From assembly GCA_001192655.1 (NCBI GenBank), contig BBVC01000020.1:1-32000 (forward strand): a stretch of DNA of 32,000 nt, in the 5' to 3' direction. Source of the DNA: Caedimonas varicaedens. GTDB lineage: Bacteria; Pseudomonadota; Alphaproteobacteria; Caedimonadales; Caedimonadaceae. Made by a program: the position numbers and the translations under genes. This document shows positions 6,177 through 16,442 of the stretch, in pieces (the stretch's first letter is position 1; every line of letters begins with the position of its first letter). The notes beneath the pieces were generated by a model that was given only the letters and a program-made list of their open reading frames with translations, did not search any database and was not told where the DNA came from.

Positions 6177-7244
6177 ATGCAAACTCTTCAGAGAATGAAA
6201 GATCATTGGGTCAGAGAGATTAAAGCTTCCAGAGACCTTCCCTCGCTGGATCAGGTGCGGATTGCAGCATTTGGTAAACAGGGCGAAGTCACGCAAGAGA
6301 TGAAAAGCCTGGCGACGCTCTCACCCGATGAAAAAAAGGAACGCGGCGCTGCCCTGAATCAACTGCGCGATTATTTGACAACCTTGATCGAAGACAAGCG
6401 TGTTGAGATGAAGTCCCAAGAACTAGAGCAACGTCTTGCTCTGGAGAGTATTGATGTTTCTCTTCCTGTTCGTCCTGAGCTGAAGGGTGCTTTTCATCCC
6501 CTGTCACAGGCTCTTTTTGAGATCATAGAAATTTTTCAGACAATGGGCTTTTCCGTTGCTGAGGGGCCGCACATTGAGGAAGATTATTATAATTTTGATG
6601 CGTTGAACATTCCCCCTGAACATCCCGCTCGACAAGAACATGACACTTTTTATATGCCTGCTGGTGAGGATGGGATCAAAAAAGTCTTGCGTACTCATAC
6701 GTCTCCGGTACAGATTCGTACTATGCTTGCGGGAAGTCCGCCGATTCGCATTATTGCTCCTGGCCGTGTCTTTCGCAGTGATTATGACCAGACTCACACA
6801 CCTACCTTTCATCAAGTGGAAGGGCTCATGATTGGCGAAACGATTCATATGGGACACCTAAAGCACTGCATGACTGAGTTTTTTCGTCGTATGTTCTCTA
6901 TCTCTTCCTTGCCAGTTCGTTTCCGTCCTTCCTATTTTCCTTTTACAGAGCCTTCGGCTGAAGTGGATATTGGTTGTTCCCGCAAGGGTGAAAAGCTGAT
7001 TTTAGGGCAGGGGGATGATTGGCTTGAAATTTTGGGGTGTGGTATGGTTCATCCCAATGTTCTTGAAAATTGTAACATTGATCCGGTCCGTTTTCAGGGG
7101 TTTGCTTTTGGCATGGGGATCGAGCGTATCGCGATGCTTAAATATGGCATCCCTGATTTGCGATTGTTTTACGAGACGGATATACGCTGGCTTCGTCGCT
7201 ATGGATTTTCCATTGCCGAAGGTTTAATGGGGGCGGGACGCTGA
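6177..7244 (+). CDS. pheS: Phenylalanine--tRNA ligase alpha subunit
   Basis: Class II aaRS motifs are present (FRSDYDQTHTPTFHQVEG, YFPFTEPSAEVD, GFAFGMGIERIAMLKYGI). Its stop overlaps the pheT start (ATGA at 7241-7246). Confidence 0.97.
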   Translation: MQTLQRMKDHWVREIKASRDLPSLDQVRIAAFGKQGEVTQEMKSLATLSPDEKKERGAALNQLRDYLTTLIEDKRVEMKSQELEQRLALESIDVSLPVRPELKGAFHPLSQALFEIIEIFQTMGFSVAEGPHIEEDYYNFDALNIPPEHPARQEHDTFYMPAGEDGIKKVLRTHTSPVQIRTMLAGSPPIRIIAPGRVFRSDYDQTHTPTFHQVEGLMIGETIHMGHLKHCMTEFFRRMFSISSLPVRFRPSYFPFTEPSAEVDIGCSRKGEKLILGQGDDWLEILGCGMVHPNVLENCNIDPVRFQGFAFGMGIERIAMLKYGIPDLRLFYETDIRWLRRYGFSIAEGLMGAGR

Positions 7245-9613
7245 TGAAATTTACTCTTTCCTGGCTTAGGGATCACCTTGACACAAAGGCTACCCTAGAA
7301 GAAATCACCACACGTTTGACAGCTAATGGCCTTCTTGTTGATTCTGTCGAAAACCCTGCTGAAACCCTAAAAGGCTTTAAAATTGTTGAGATTCTTGAAG
7401 CTCATCCCCATCCTAATGCGGATCGCCTGAAAGTTTGCCGTGTGAATACAGGCACTGATATTGTTCAGGTTGTTTGTGGAGCGCCCAATGCGCGGGCAGG
7501 TCTGAAAGGTATTTTTGCGTCTCCTGGGACGACAATTCCCACGTCTGGTATGGTTTTGGGAAAAAGCAGGATTCGAGATGTTGAAAGCGCAGGAATGATG
7601 TGTTCAGAGCGGGAATTGGGTCTTGGTGACAGCCATGAAGGGATCATCGAGTTGCCGCTGGATGCGCCGGTGGGAGAAGATTTTTGTGTTTATAAGGGAT
7701 TGGATGATCTTGTCATTGATATTGAAATTACACCCAATCGCGGGGATTGCCTGGGTGTACGAGGGATTGCCCGTGATCTTGCCGCGACGGGCATCGGTGA
7801 TTTAAAGCCCCTTAAAATTCCTTCACTAAAGGGGAAATTTTCCTCTGCTTTCCAGGTTAGAATTGATGATCTACAAGGATGTCCTTTTTTTACGGGTCGA
7901 CTGATCAGGAATGTCAGGAATAGTCCTAGCCCAGAGTGGCTTCAGAAAAAATTACGAGCGATTGGGCTGAAGCCCATTTCAGCGCTGGTCGATATTACGA
8001 ATTTTATGTCTTATGATCGAGGACGTCCCATGCACGTCTTTGATGCAGATAAACTTCAGGGATCTCTTACTATACGCAAGGCAAGGACAGGGGATCAATT
8101 ACAGGCTTTGGATAATAATACCTATCTTATTCCTTCGGATGCTCTTGTCATTACGGATGAGCACGACGTCTGTTCTTTGGCGGGAATTATGGGCGGGTTA
8201 GCTTCTGGATGTTCAGAAGAGACGGTGAATGTGTTTGTTGAATCAGCGCTCTTTGAGCCTGTCCGTATTGCGATGGCAGGGCGGGCTTTGAGAATTTTGA
8301 GTGATTCCCGTTATCGTTTTGAGCGCGGAGTAGACCCTGCCGTCATTGAGGAAGGACTTGAACAAGCGACGCAAATGATTTTGGATTTTTGTGGGGGCGA
8401 GGCAAGCAATATCATTCGTGCGGGGGTTGCTCCTTCTGAACATCATCGTGTTCCTTTTCATACAAGCCGTGTGCAAACCCTGGGAGGGCTGAGTCTGCCC
8501 AAAGAAAAAATCTATGAAATTCTTGAAAGATTAGGTTTTATGCCTGAGGGTGAGCATACGTTTAAAGTTCCGTCATGGCGTCCTGATATTAAAGGAGAAG
8601 CGGATCTCGTCGAAGAAATCTTGCGAATTCATGGATATAACGCGGTTGAAGCGGTTGATCTTCCCAGGATTACTCCTGAAGAAATAAGACAGAATCCAGA
8701 AAGTCAGGTTGATCGTCCATGGAAAATTCGCTGCAGTCTTGTATCTCGAGGGATGTCTGAGGCTTATACGTGGTCTTTTATCAAGAAGGAATGGGCAGAA
8801 AAATTTGGTGGCGGAGACTCTCTTTTAGCTGTTGAAAATCCCATTAGTGCTGATATGTCTGATATGCGTCCCAGTTTGTTGCCGCTTCTTCTGGATGCTC
8901 TGCGCCGAAATATTGCTCGTGGGCATAAAGAACTTGCCTTGTTTGAAATTGGAAATCAGTATCATGTGGCGGGAGAAGTACTGGCGGCAACAGGTATCCG
9001 GGGGTTGGAAACAGGTCCTCGTCATTGGCTGAATTCCGGTCGTTCTGTTGATCTTTTTGATGCAAAGGCTGATGTTTATGCTGTGTTGGAAAGTTGTGGC
9101 TTTGACCCTTCTTCTCTGCAACTGTCTACAGAAATGCCGCCCTGGTACCATCCCGGTCGGTCAGGCACGCTTATGTTGGGCGCAAAGACCAAAGTGGCTT
9201 ATTTTGGTGAGCTTCATCCCCAGATTCTTGAGATGTTTGATTTACAAGAACCCGTAGTCGGATTTGAGGTTTTTGTGAATACCATTCCTGCGGCGAAAGG
9301 TTTGAAAAAAGATTTTACGCTTCTTTCTCCCTATCAGCCGGTAGAGCGGGATTTCTCTTTTATTTTGGATACTCATATTCCTGGCGAGAAATTGTTACAA
9401 CTTATTCAAAAGTTGGACAAAAATCTTATTACATCTGTTTCAGTATTTGATGTTTATCAGGGGAAGGAAGTTCCGGAAGGAAAGAAATCTGTTGCGCTCA
9501 GTGTTCGGCTTGAACCGCGGGAAAATACCTTGACAGAAGCTGAAATCACAAATTTATCAAATAAAATCATTGAAAATGCCCAGAAAATATTAGGAGCGGA
9601 ACTCCGATCATGA
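7244..9613 (+). CDS. pheT: Phenylalanine--tRNA ligase beta subunit
   Basis: It starts [13 protein letters not shown], the canonical PheT start. It has a tRNA-binding domain ([15 protein letters not shown]) and B3/4 and B5 regions. At 789 aa the size is typical. Confidence 0.97.
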   Translation: MKFTLSWLRDHLDTKATLEEITTRLTANGLLVDSVENPAETLKGFKIVEILEAHPHPNADRLKVCRVNTGTDIVQVVCGAPNARAGLKGIFASPGTTIPTSGMVLGKSRIRDVESAGMMCSERELGLGDSHEGIIELPLDAPVGEDFCVYKGLDDLVIDIEITPNRGDCLGVRGIARDLAATGIGDLKPLKIPSLKGKFSSAFQVRIDDLQGCPFFTGRLIRNVRNSPSPEWLQKKLRAIGLKPISALVDITNFMSYDRGRPMHVFDADKLQGSLTIRKARTGDQLQALDNNTYLIPSDALVITDEHDVCSLAGIMGGLASGCSEETVNVFVESALFEPVRIAMAGRALRILSDSRYRFERGVDPAVIEEGLEQATQMILDFCGGEASNIIRAGVAPSEHHRVPFHTSRVQTLGGLSLPKEKIYEILERLGFMPEGEHTFKVPSWRPDIKGEADLVEEILRIHGYNAVEAVDLPRITPEEIRQNPESQVDRPWKIRCSLVSRGMSEAYTWSFIKKEWAEKFGGGDSLLAVENPISADMSDMRPSLLPLLLDALRRNIARGHKELALFEIGNQYHVAGEVLAATGIRGLETGPRHWLNSGRSVDLFDAKADVYAVLESCGFDPSSLQLSTEMPPWYHPGRSGTLMLGAKTKVAYFGELHPQILEMFDLQEPVVGFEVFVNTIPAAKGLKKDFTLLSPYQPVERDFSFILDTHIPGEKLLQLIQKLDKNLITSVSVFDVYQGKEVPEGKKSVALSVRLEPRENTLTEAEITNLSNKIIENAQKILGAELRS

Positions 9614-11412
9614 CGACTTTTGGACATATCCGGAACTTTGCCATTATTGCTCATATCGATCATGGCAAATCAACGCTGGCCGATCGCCTGATTCAGTATT
9701 GCGGGGGGTTGAGTGAGCGGGAGTTGAAAGAGCAAGTGCTGGATAGCATGGATATTGAGCGTGAACGGGGCATCACCATCAAGGCACAGACAGTAAGGTT
9801 GACTTATAAAGCTCAGGATGGTCAGACGTACCAACTCAATTTGATGGATACGCCAGGACATGTGGACTTTGCCTATGAAGTCAGCCGGTCTCTGGCAGCG
9901 TGCGAAGGTTCTCTTCTTGTCGTCGATGCAAGCCAGGGCGTTGAGGCTCAAACCCTTGCTAATGTTTATCAAGCTATTGAAAATAATCATGAAATTATTC
10001 CTGTCTTAAACAAAATAGACTTGCCTGCAGCTGATCCTGATCGGGTTAAGCGTCAAATTGAAGAAGTGATTGGGTTGGATACACAGGATGCGATTATTGC
10101 TTCTGCCAAATCGGGGCTTGGGATTCAGGAAGTCTTGGAGGCACTTGTCAAGCGACTTCCTGCGCCTGAGGGAGAGGAAGATGCGTCGTTAAAGGCTCTT
10201 TTGATTGATAGCTGGTATGATCCTTATCTGGGCGTCATTATTCTTGTGCGCGTTAAGGACGGCGTCTTAAAGCGCGGCATGAAAATTCGTATGATGTCTA
10301 CAGGAGCTTCTCATCAGGTAGAAAGCGTTGGTGTTTTTACGCCTAAAAAACTTGCCCTTGATGAGCTTCGCCCGGGAGAAGTGGGTTTCATTACCGCTAG
10401 CATCCGCCATGTTGCTGATTGTAATGTGGGAGATACAATTACAGAAGAAAGACGTCCGGCGGCTGAGCCTCTGGCAGGCTTTAAGCCGAGCATCCCCGTG
10501 GTTTTTTGTGGACTTTTTCCGGCAGAATCAGATGATTTTGAGAATTTGCGTGAGTGTTTGGGAAAGTTACGGTTGAATGATGCCAGTTTTTCCTTTGAGC
10601 CTGAAAGTTCAGCCGCTCTGGGTTTTGGTTTTCGTTGTGGTTTTTTGGGTCTCTTGCATCTTGAAATCATCCAGGAACGTCTGGAGCGCGAGTACAATTT
10701 GGACTTAGTCACCACCGCCCCCAGCGTTGTTTATAAAATCAGGCTGACGAATGGAGAGGATATTGAACTTCACAATCCGGCTGATTATCCGGATGTAGTA
10801 AAAATTGACACAGTCCAGGAGCCCTGGATTAAGGCGACAATTTTTGTTCCTGATGATTATTTGGGTTCCATTTTGACCTTGTGTACAGAACGGCGTGGAG
10901 AGCAGGTCGATCTTACCTATGTGGGCAATCGTGCGATGATTATTTATCGTCTGCCATTGAATGAAGTCGTCTTTGATTTTTATGATCGACTGAAGTCTGT
11001 TTCCAGAGGATATGCCAGTTTTGATTATGAAATTGACGCGTATCGTCCAGGAGAGTTGGTGAAGCTCAGCATCTTGATTAATGGAGACCCCGTTGATGCC
11101 TTGTCTTGTATTGTTCATCGAACGCAAGCGGAAAATCGGGGACGCGCCTTGTGCGAGCGGTTGAAGGATCTTATTCCCAAACAGCTTTTCAAAATCGCCA
11201 TTCAGGCCGCTATTGGGGGGAAAGTCATCGCACGAGAGACGATTTCTCCCATGCGCAAGGATGTTTTGGCTAAATGTTATGGCGGTGACATCAGCCGTAA
11301 ACGAAAGCTGTTGGAAAAACAAAAGGCAGGAAAAAAGCGCATGAGGCAATTTGGCAAAGTTGAAATTCCCCAAAGCGCTTTTCTTGCGGCTTTGAAAATG
11401 AACGATGATTAA
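9610..11412 (+). CDS. lepA: Elongation factor 4 (LepA)
   Basis: [21 protein letters not shown] (G1), DTPGHVDF (G3) and NKIDL (G4) are present, with the LepA-specific C-terminal domain. It overlaps the pheT stop by 4 nt (ATGA). Confidence 0.97.
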   Translation: MTTFGHIRNFAIIAHIDHGKSTLADRLIQYCGGLSERELKEQVLDSMDIERERGITIKAQTVRLTYKAQDGQTYQLNLMDTPGHVDFAYEVSRSLAACEGSLLVVDASQGVEAQTLANVYQAIENNHEIIPVLNKIDLPAADPDRVKRQIEEVIGLDTQDAIIASAKSGLGIQEVLEALVKRLPAPEGEEDASLKALLIDSWYDPYLGVIILVRVKDGVLKRGMKIRMMSTGASHQVESVGVFTPKKLALDELRPGEVGFITASIRHVADCNVGDTITEERRPAAEPLAGFKPSIPVVFCGLFPAESDDFENLRECLGKLRLNDASFSFEPESSAALGFGFRCGFLGLLHLEIIQERLEREYNLDLVTTAPSVVYKIRLTNGEDIELHNPADYPDVVKIDTVQEPWIKATIFVPDDYLGSILTLCTERRGEQVDLTYVGNRAMIIYRLPLNEVVFDFYDRLKSVSRGYASFDYEIDAYRPGELVKLSILINGDPVDALSCIVHRTQAENRGRALCERLKDLIPKQLFKIAIQAAIGGKVIARETISPMRKDVLAKCYGGDISRKRKLLEKQKAGKKRMRQFGKVEIPQSAFLAALKMNDD

Positions 11413-11426
11413 GCACGGATTTTGGG

Positions 11427-12335
11427 ATGTCAAATATTGTAGTGGCGGCTCTTTATAAATTTGTTTCCCTTGAAGATGTCGAAGCATTGCGTCTTCCTCT
11501 TTTAGAAACCTGTCAATTGAATAAAATAAAGGGAACTTTGTTACTGGCGCGTGAAGGCATTAATGGAACAATCGCAGGAACACGAGAGGGCATAGACAGA
11601 GTTATTTCGTGGCTTTCTGCGGATACGCGTTTTTGTGATCTTGAGTATAAAGAGTCTTCTGCCTCAACCATGCCTTTTTTTCGTATGAAAGTTCGGTTGA
11701 AAAAAGAAATCGTCACGTTGGGAGTCCCCTGTGTTGATCTTAATGAAAAAAAAGGCACGTATGTTGAACCAGAACACTGGAATGACCTTATTCGTGATCC
11801 TGATGTTCTTGTGATTGATGTGCGCAATGACTATGAAGTGGCTATTGGGAAGTTTAAGAGAGCCATCAATCCTGAAACGCAGGCTTTTCGCGAGTTTCCA
11901 GAATTTGTTCAAACCCATCTTGATCCAAAAAAACATAAAAAGATCGCGATGAGTTGTACAGGCGGCATTCGATGTGAAAAAGCCTCTGCCTACATGCTGA
12001 AGGTTGGGTTTGAAGAAGTCTATCATCTGAAGGGAGGTGTTTTAAAATACCTTGAAAGAATCCCTGCCTCTGAAAGTCTTTGGGAAGGAGAGTGCTTTGT
12101 TTTTGATCAGCGCACTGCGGTGAAAGAGGGGCTAAAACTCGGTGATTTTTCAACCTGCTATGCCTGTCGTTATCCCTTATCGCCAGAAGATCGATCTTCA
12201 CCTGAATTTGAAGAAGGGCTCTCTTGTCCTCATTGTTATCAAACTCTTAGCTTTGAGCAGAAACGCCGCTTTGCTGAGCGTCAACGTCAATGTCGTCGCG
12301 CTGCGGCGCAAGGATTGAAACATTTGGGAACATAA
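11427..12335 (+). CDS. trhO: Rhodanese-domain tRNA uridine(34) hydroxylase (TrhO/YceA, UPF0176 family)
   Basis: It has the AALYKF N-terminal signature, a rhodanese active-site loop [11 protein letters not shown] and a C-terminal Cys-rich tail (CYACRYP...CPHCY). Confidence 0.85.
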   Translation: MSNIVVAALYKFVSLEDVEALRLPLLETCQLNKIKGTLLLAREGINGTIAGTREGIDRVISWLSADTRFCDLEYKESSASTMPFFRMKVRLKKEIVTLGVPCVDLNEKKGTYVEPEHWNDLIRDPDVLVIDVRNDYEVAIGKFKRAINPETQAFREFPEFVQTHLDPKKHKKIAMSCTGGIRCEKASAYMLKVGFEEVYHLKGGVLKYLERIPASESLWEGECFVFDQRTAVKEGLKLGDFSTCYACRYPLSPEDRSSPEFEEGLSCPHCYQTLSFEQKRRFAERQRQCRRAAAQGLKHLGT

Positions 12336-12395
12336 AAGAATCGAAAAAACCATAAAATAACTTCTTCGAGTTTAAAATTACGAGGAATCAACAAC

Positions 12396-12620
12396 TTACT
12401 CTTTTAAGCTGAATCCTTGATATTTTGACTTGAATTTTGAGAGCTGTCCGCCTGAATCCATCAAACGATGTACGCCTGTCCAGGCAGGATGAGAGGCTAT
12501 ATCTACGTCAAGACGCATGGTCGCGCCTTCCTTGCCCCAGGTTGAACGTGTTTCAAAAGTAGTACCATCAGTCATAATAATCTTGATCGTATGGTAGTCG
12601 GGATGAATATCTTTTTTCAT
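12396..12620 (-). CDS. rpmE: 50S ribosomal protein L31 (Cys-less form)
   Basis: [32 protein letters not shown]...HPAWTG. I place the start at ATG 12620, with GGAGGA about 10 nt upstream. The 19-codon upstream ORF extension was discarded. There is no CxxC zinc motif, which is common in alphaproteobacterial L31. Confidence 0.93.
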   Translation of the reverse strand: MKKDIHPDYHTIKIIMTDGTTFETRSTWGKEGATMRLDVDIASHPAWTGVHRLMDSGGQLSKFKSKYQGFSLKE

Positions 12621-12705
12621 GTGACTCAAATCCTCCAAATTTAAACTCTTTATAACGAACAGTTTCAGCATTTGCAAGAAAAAGCTTCATTCAGATGCCA
12701 GAGAA

Positions 12706-13416
12706 TTATCTCCACAAATGCAGGGAGAATCCTTTCTGTTTCAGCCATTGTCGATAAAGTTGATAGTCAGGGCAGAGAGATTCTACCAATTTCCAGAATG
12801 CCTTGCTATGATTCATTTCCTTTAAGTGGCACAGTTCATGAATAGCAACATAAAAGCTGACATCGCGAGGGGCAAGAGCAAGGCGCCACGAGAAAGAGAT
12901 CACACCCTTTGAGTTACAGCTTCCCCAGCGGGTTTTGGGATCGCTGAGACGAATATGCGTGGGCGTTACGTCAAGAATGGGCGCCTGTACCTCATATATT
13001 TTTCTGAAGTATGTTGTTGTTTGGGCTTTAATCCAGCGAAGGACCAGCTGTTGAGTGTCTTCCAGAGGGCACATGACATGCAGAATATTCTCTTCCTTCA
13101 GAATGCCGGAAGATCGTGCCGCGTGGTGCTGTATTGTTAAATCATGACCCAGGAAAGGAAAAGTGATGTCATGGGTAAAGTTTTTATAGGTTTTTGGTTG
13201 GGGAAAATAGGTGCAAAGCCACATCATGGATTTCTGGAGAAAAGCTTCTATTTGGGAACGAAGGGCGAATTGGGGGCCTGTGATTAAGATTTGTTGGCCA
13301 CAACGGGAATAGCGCAAGCGTAAAGTACGTGATTTTGCAAGCGATTTATAAATAACGGGAAAATCCTGATTGTGTATTTTTAAGGGAGGAAAATTTTTCA
13401 AAGTTTTCTGCCCCAA
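12706..13416 (-). CDS. YgjP-like metal-dependent hydrolase (DUF45 / M48-like, HExxH)
   Basis: The motif AIHELCHLKEMNHSKAFW (HExxHxxxxNHSxxFW) is diagnostic for the YgjP/DUF45 family. The start is uncertain. I chose TTG 13416, just after the ABC gene stop; TTG 13401 is also possible. The longest ORF (to 13584) would overlap the ABC gene by 167 nt. Confidence 0.72.
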   Translation of the reverse strand: MGQKTLKNFPPLKIHNQDFPVIYKSLAKSRTLRLRYSRCGQQILITGPQFALRSQIEAFLQKSMMWLCTYFPQPKTYKNFTHDITFPFLGHDLTIQHHAARSSGILKEENILHVMCPLEDTQQLVLRWIKAQTTTYFRKIYEVQAPILDVTPTHIRLSDPKTRWGSCNSKGVISFSWRLALAPRDVSFYVAIHELCHLKEMNHSKAFWKLVESLCPDYQLYRQWLKQKGFSLHLWR

Positions 13417-13417
13417 T

Positions 13418-15193
13418 TCAAACTTCTGCTTCTGGCAGAAAACCACCCGATTGCATATGCCAAAGTTGGGCAAAATGTCCTTTTTTTCGCAAAAGTCCGT
13501 GCACTGTTCCGTCTTCAATGATTTGACCCTTGTGAAAAACAAGGATGCGATCCATATCTTTGAGTGTTGACAAGCGATGGGCAATCAATAAGGACGTGCG
13601 GTTTTTCAATAACTCCCTTAACCCGTCCTGAATGAGTCTTTCTGTGACGGAATCCAAAGCGGATGTTGCTTCGTCCATAATCAAAATAGGAGCATCTTTC
13701 AGGATGGCGCGAGCAATAGCAATGCGCTGTCGTTGTCCGCCTGAAAGCTTTATCCCCCGTTCTCCAACCATCGTCTGAAATCCGCTATCCAGGTGTTGGA
13801 TAAATTCATCACAATTGGCTTTCCGAGCAGCTTCAAAAACCTTTTCTTCCGGGGCATCCAGACACCCATAGCGTATATTTTCAAAAAGTGTTCGATGAAA
13901 TAAAACAGGATCCTGGGGAATCATTGCAATTTGTTCGCGAAGAGACTCTTGTGTGACAGAAGCGATATCCTGCCCATCAATGAAAATCTGTCCCCCATGA
14001 ATGTCATAAAATCTTAAAATCAGGTTAGCGAAAGTTGTTTTTCCCGATCCCGAAAATCCCACCAACCCCACTTTTTGCCCTGCTTCAATTTTTACTGTAC
14101 TATTTTCAAATATATTGGAATTGCGCTTGTAATGGAACGTCACATGATCAAACAGGATTTCTCCTCGTGTGACTTTTAGCGGTTTGGCTTGGGGATGATC
14201 CTGAATGCTGTGGGCGCTGTTCAGAAGTGAAAAGGCAGCCTGGGCTACGCCAATTTCCTTGACAATATGGGTGATATTATAGGCGCAGTGCCAAATCAAA
14301 CCCATCAAGTTAAAAGCGGTAATGGTAATAAGGGAAAAATCTCCCAGAGAGACCCATTGATGGTTCCATCCATAAACAAGAGCAGCAAACATCACGATCA
14401 TAAAAAGAAAGGAAAGAGCTCCCCGGAAGATGTTTAATTCTTCGATAGCCCAGCTGGCTTTTTTGGATTTCCTGATCTCATCCTGTTGATATTGACCGAG
14501 ATACTGAAGTTCATAGCGGAAACGTGAGAACAGACGTACAGCCAGCATCCCCCCCAAACTATCGACAATTCGACCATTCAGAGTCGAGATAGACTCTGCG
14601 TGAATTTCAGCCGTTGTGTTGACTTTGGTCAGATAAAGCAGTGTGAGACCTATGAAAACAGCGACCCAACTGATTAAAATAATACCAAAGATAACATTCA
14701 CCTGAAAAACAACTGCAAGAGAAATACAAAAAGCCAGTGCAGTAGCAAAAAAGCTCATGATGAACGTATCAACGATTTGTTCACACGCGCGGGGAAGCTC
14801 AGAAATTTTATTAGCGAGGCTGCCCGCAAAATGATTGGCAAAATAACTGTGCGCGTGTCCCTGTGTGTAAACAAACACGCTTTCGCGAATATTTTTACGA
14901 AATTCTGGCCATGCATAAAGGGCGACAATTCCCTGGCTTCGCATAGAGATTTCCATGAGGAACCAGCACAAAGCCAGGCTTAGTAAGGGAAAGGAAAGAG
15001 CATGAAAGGGAGATTCAATGCCAGGGTGCAGGCTTTCTACCTGATTCACAAGAACTTTCACAAAATAGGGGTATAAGGCTTCATTGATGGCCCAAAAAGC
15101 CATGGTCAGGATGATAAACCCAAAACTTCCCCCTTGTCGTTTCAAGAAATGGAGAATAAAGGCATACAGTGTTTTTGGTAAGACCGTCATCAT
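13418..15193 (-). CDS. ABC exporter, fused permease/ATPase (MsbA/multidrug type I exporter family)
   Basis: The N-terminal half has about six hydrophobic helices. Walker A is GFSGSGKTT, the signature is LSGGQRQRIAIARA and Walker B is ILIMDEATSALD. Confidence 0.9.
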   Translation of the reverse strand: MMTVLPKTLYAFILHFLKRQGGSFGFIILTMAFWAINEALYPYFVKVLVNQVESLHPGIESPFHALSFPLLSLALCWFLMEISMRSQGIVALYAWPEFRKNIRESVFVYTQGHAHSYFANHFAGSLANKISELPRACEQIVDTFIMSFFATALAFCISLAVVFQVNVIFGIILISWVAVFIGLTLLYLTKVNTTAEIHAESISTLNGRIVDSLGGMLAVRLFSRFRYELQYLGQYQQDEIRKSKKASWAIEELNIFRGALSFLFMIVMFAALVYGWNHQWVSLGDFSLITITAFNLMGLIWHCAYNITHIVKEIGVAQAAFSLLNSAHSIQDHPQAKPLKVTRGEILFDHVTFHYKRNSNIFENSTVKIEAGQKVGLVGFSGSGKTTFANLILRFYDIHGGQIFIDGQDIASVTQESLREQIAMIPQDPVLFHRTLFENIRYGCLDAPEEKVFEAARKANCDEFIQHLDSGFQTMVGERGIKLSGGQRQRIAIARAILKDAPILIMDEATSALDSVTERLIQDGLRELLKNRTSLLIAHRLSTLKDMDRILVFHKGQIIEDGTVHGLLRKKGHFAQLWHMQSGGFLPEAEV

Positions 15194-15220
15194 TCTTATC
15201 TTAATATCAGCATGATAAAT

Positions 15221-15406
15221 TTATTTAAAAAATTTCTTCAAGAGATGAGCTGTGCTGGCCATACGGGTTGGACTCTTCAGCTCTTTTGAATTGCATTTAA
15301 AACAATAGAGAGAATTTTTTAATAACCTAACTGTAACAAATATAAAGAAAAACGTCAATCCAATCAATGTTGATCTAAAGGAATTGGCAAGAATTTTTTG
15401 TCTCAT
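15221..15406 (-). CDS. Possible small membrane protein (61 aa), unconfirmed
   Basis: The ORF has one hydrophobic helix (STLIGLTFFFIFVTV) and a basic tail. It lies 27 nt upstream of the ABC exporter on the same strand. The region is AT-rich, there is no clear RBS and I recognise no homology. Confidence 0.25.
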   Translation of the reverse strand: MRQKILANSFRSTLIGLTFFFIFVTVRLLKNSLYCFKCNSKELKSPTRMASTAHLLKKFFK

Positions 15407-15452
15407 TTATAGTGAACCTATACACTCTTTCTTTAAAGGTTGCTTTTTTTCT

Positions 15453-15470
15453 GGAATATAGCTATATTCC
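15453..15470. promoter_or_regulatory. 18-bp perfect palindrome GGAATATAGCTATATTCC in a divergent intergenic region (candidate operator)
   Basis: Read directly from the sequence. It is flanked by imperfectly complementary TTCTGG / CCAGAA and by T-runs. It sits between the minus-strand ABC unit and the plus-strand thioredoxin unit. Confidence 0.4.
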
Positions 15471-15506
15471 ACCAGAATTTTTTCATTTTTTTTCTAAAGA
15501 CGGCAA

Positions 15507-16442
15507 TTGACAGTACATCCAAAAATGATGAAAGATGAAGATATGCAGATTTTTGGACACGCTCTTCAGGAAACGCCCGCAAGCCCTAAACCCGTAACGC
15601 TGGAGTCTTTTCAAAAAGAGGTGATGGAAGCTTCGCTCTCCCGTCCTGTCCTTGTTGATTTTTGGGCCTCGTGGTGTGCTCCCTGTCGCCAGTTGGCGCC
15701 TCTTTTGGAAAAGGCTGTTAATGAAGAGCAGGAAACTTTTTCTCTTGTTACAATCAACGTGGATGAAGAACCTGAAATTGCCCAGCAATTACGCATTCAA
15801 TCCTTGCCGACAGTCCTTGCTTTTGTCAAGGGGCAGCCTGTTGATGGATTCACAGGACTTCTCTCTTTTCAGGAGTTAAAAGCTTTTTTGGCAAAACTCA
15901 AGGACATGATCCCCCATTCTTCTGAAGCCCTTCTGGGGAAAGGAGAAGAAAAGCTGGAAAAAAATGAGTCAACAGAGGCCTTACAGATATTTACCGAAGT
16001 CTTAATGAAAGAACCGCAAAATCTGAGAGGTCTTGCGGGTATGGTGAGAGGCTATCTTCAACAGGGAGACCTGGTCAAGGCAAAAGGCTATTACACGCTG
16101 ATTCCTTCTTCAGAACAAGAACATGAACTGGTTAAGGCGCTGAAAAAGAGTATTGAACTGGCAGAACAGGGACAGCAGGCGGGTGATTTGTCTGAGATCT
16201 GTCAATCGCTGGAACAGGATCCTCTTAATCATGATAAAAGATTAGTGCTTGCCAAAGCTTTGTTTGCTCAGGGGCAATCACAACAGGCTGTTGAAGAACT
16301 GTTGACGATTTTGACTTATGATTTTCAATGGAAAGATCAGCAGGCGCGTACCGAATTATTGAATTTTATGGAGGCGTTGGGACCTTCCCATTCTGTGGTT
16401 ATTAATGCTCGCAAACGGCTTTCGACGTTGGTATTTATATGA
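15507..16442 (+). CDS. Thioredoxin-domain protein with C-terminal TPR-like domain (YbbN/CnoX-like co-chaperone)
   Basis: VLVDFWASWCAPCRQLAPLLEKA carries an intact WCxPC thioredoxin motif and is followed by a helical TPR-like half. The longest ORF begins at TTG 15507. ATG 15525 (MMKDED) is an equally plausible start. Confidence 0.85.
   Translation: MTVHPKMMKDEDMQIFGHALQETPASPKPVTLESFQKEVMEASLSRPVLVDFWASWCAPCRQLAPLLEKAVNEEQETFSLVTINVDEEPEIAQQLRIQSLPTVLAFVKGQPVDGFTGLLSFQELKAFLAKLKDMIPHSSEALLGKGEEKLEKNESTEALQIFTEVLMKEPQNLRGLAGMVRGYLQQGDLVKAKGYYTLIPSSEQEHELVKALKKSIELAEQGQQAGDLSEICQSLEQDPLNHDKRLVLAKALFAQGQSQQAVEELLTILTYDFQWKDQQARTELLNFMEALGPSHSVVINARKRLSTLVFI

Noticed and set aside
5792-6857. Minus-strand ORFs 5792-6121 (109 aa), 6289-6507 (72 aa) and 6504-6857 (117 aa)
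   Set aside because: All are antisense to rplT or pheS, whose identities are certain. They have no RBS and no recognisable motifs.
10705-11487. 260-aa minus-strand ORF, one of the longest unannotated ORFs in the track
   Set aside because: It is entirely antisense to the unambiguous lepA gene and runs into the trhO start. Its composition is low-complexity with no motifs. It is a typical shadow ORF of a GC-richer coding region.
12336-12395. Bidirectional terminator between convergent trhO and rpmE
   Set aside because: The only pairing I can draw is a weak 7-bp one (TTCTTCG/CGAGGAA with a G-U on plus, C-A mismatch on minus) with a 12-nt loop. That is too weak to call.
12621-12677. 5' extensions of longest ORFs: rpmE to 12677, yajC to 22619, integrase to 1321, truA from 18812, small lipoprotein from 31292
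   Set aside because: In each case an internal ATG with a good SD reproduces the canonical family N-terminus. The extensions have no SD and/or overlap the neighbouring gene.
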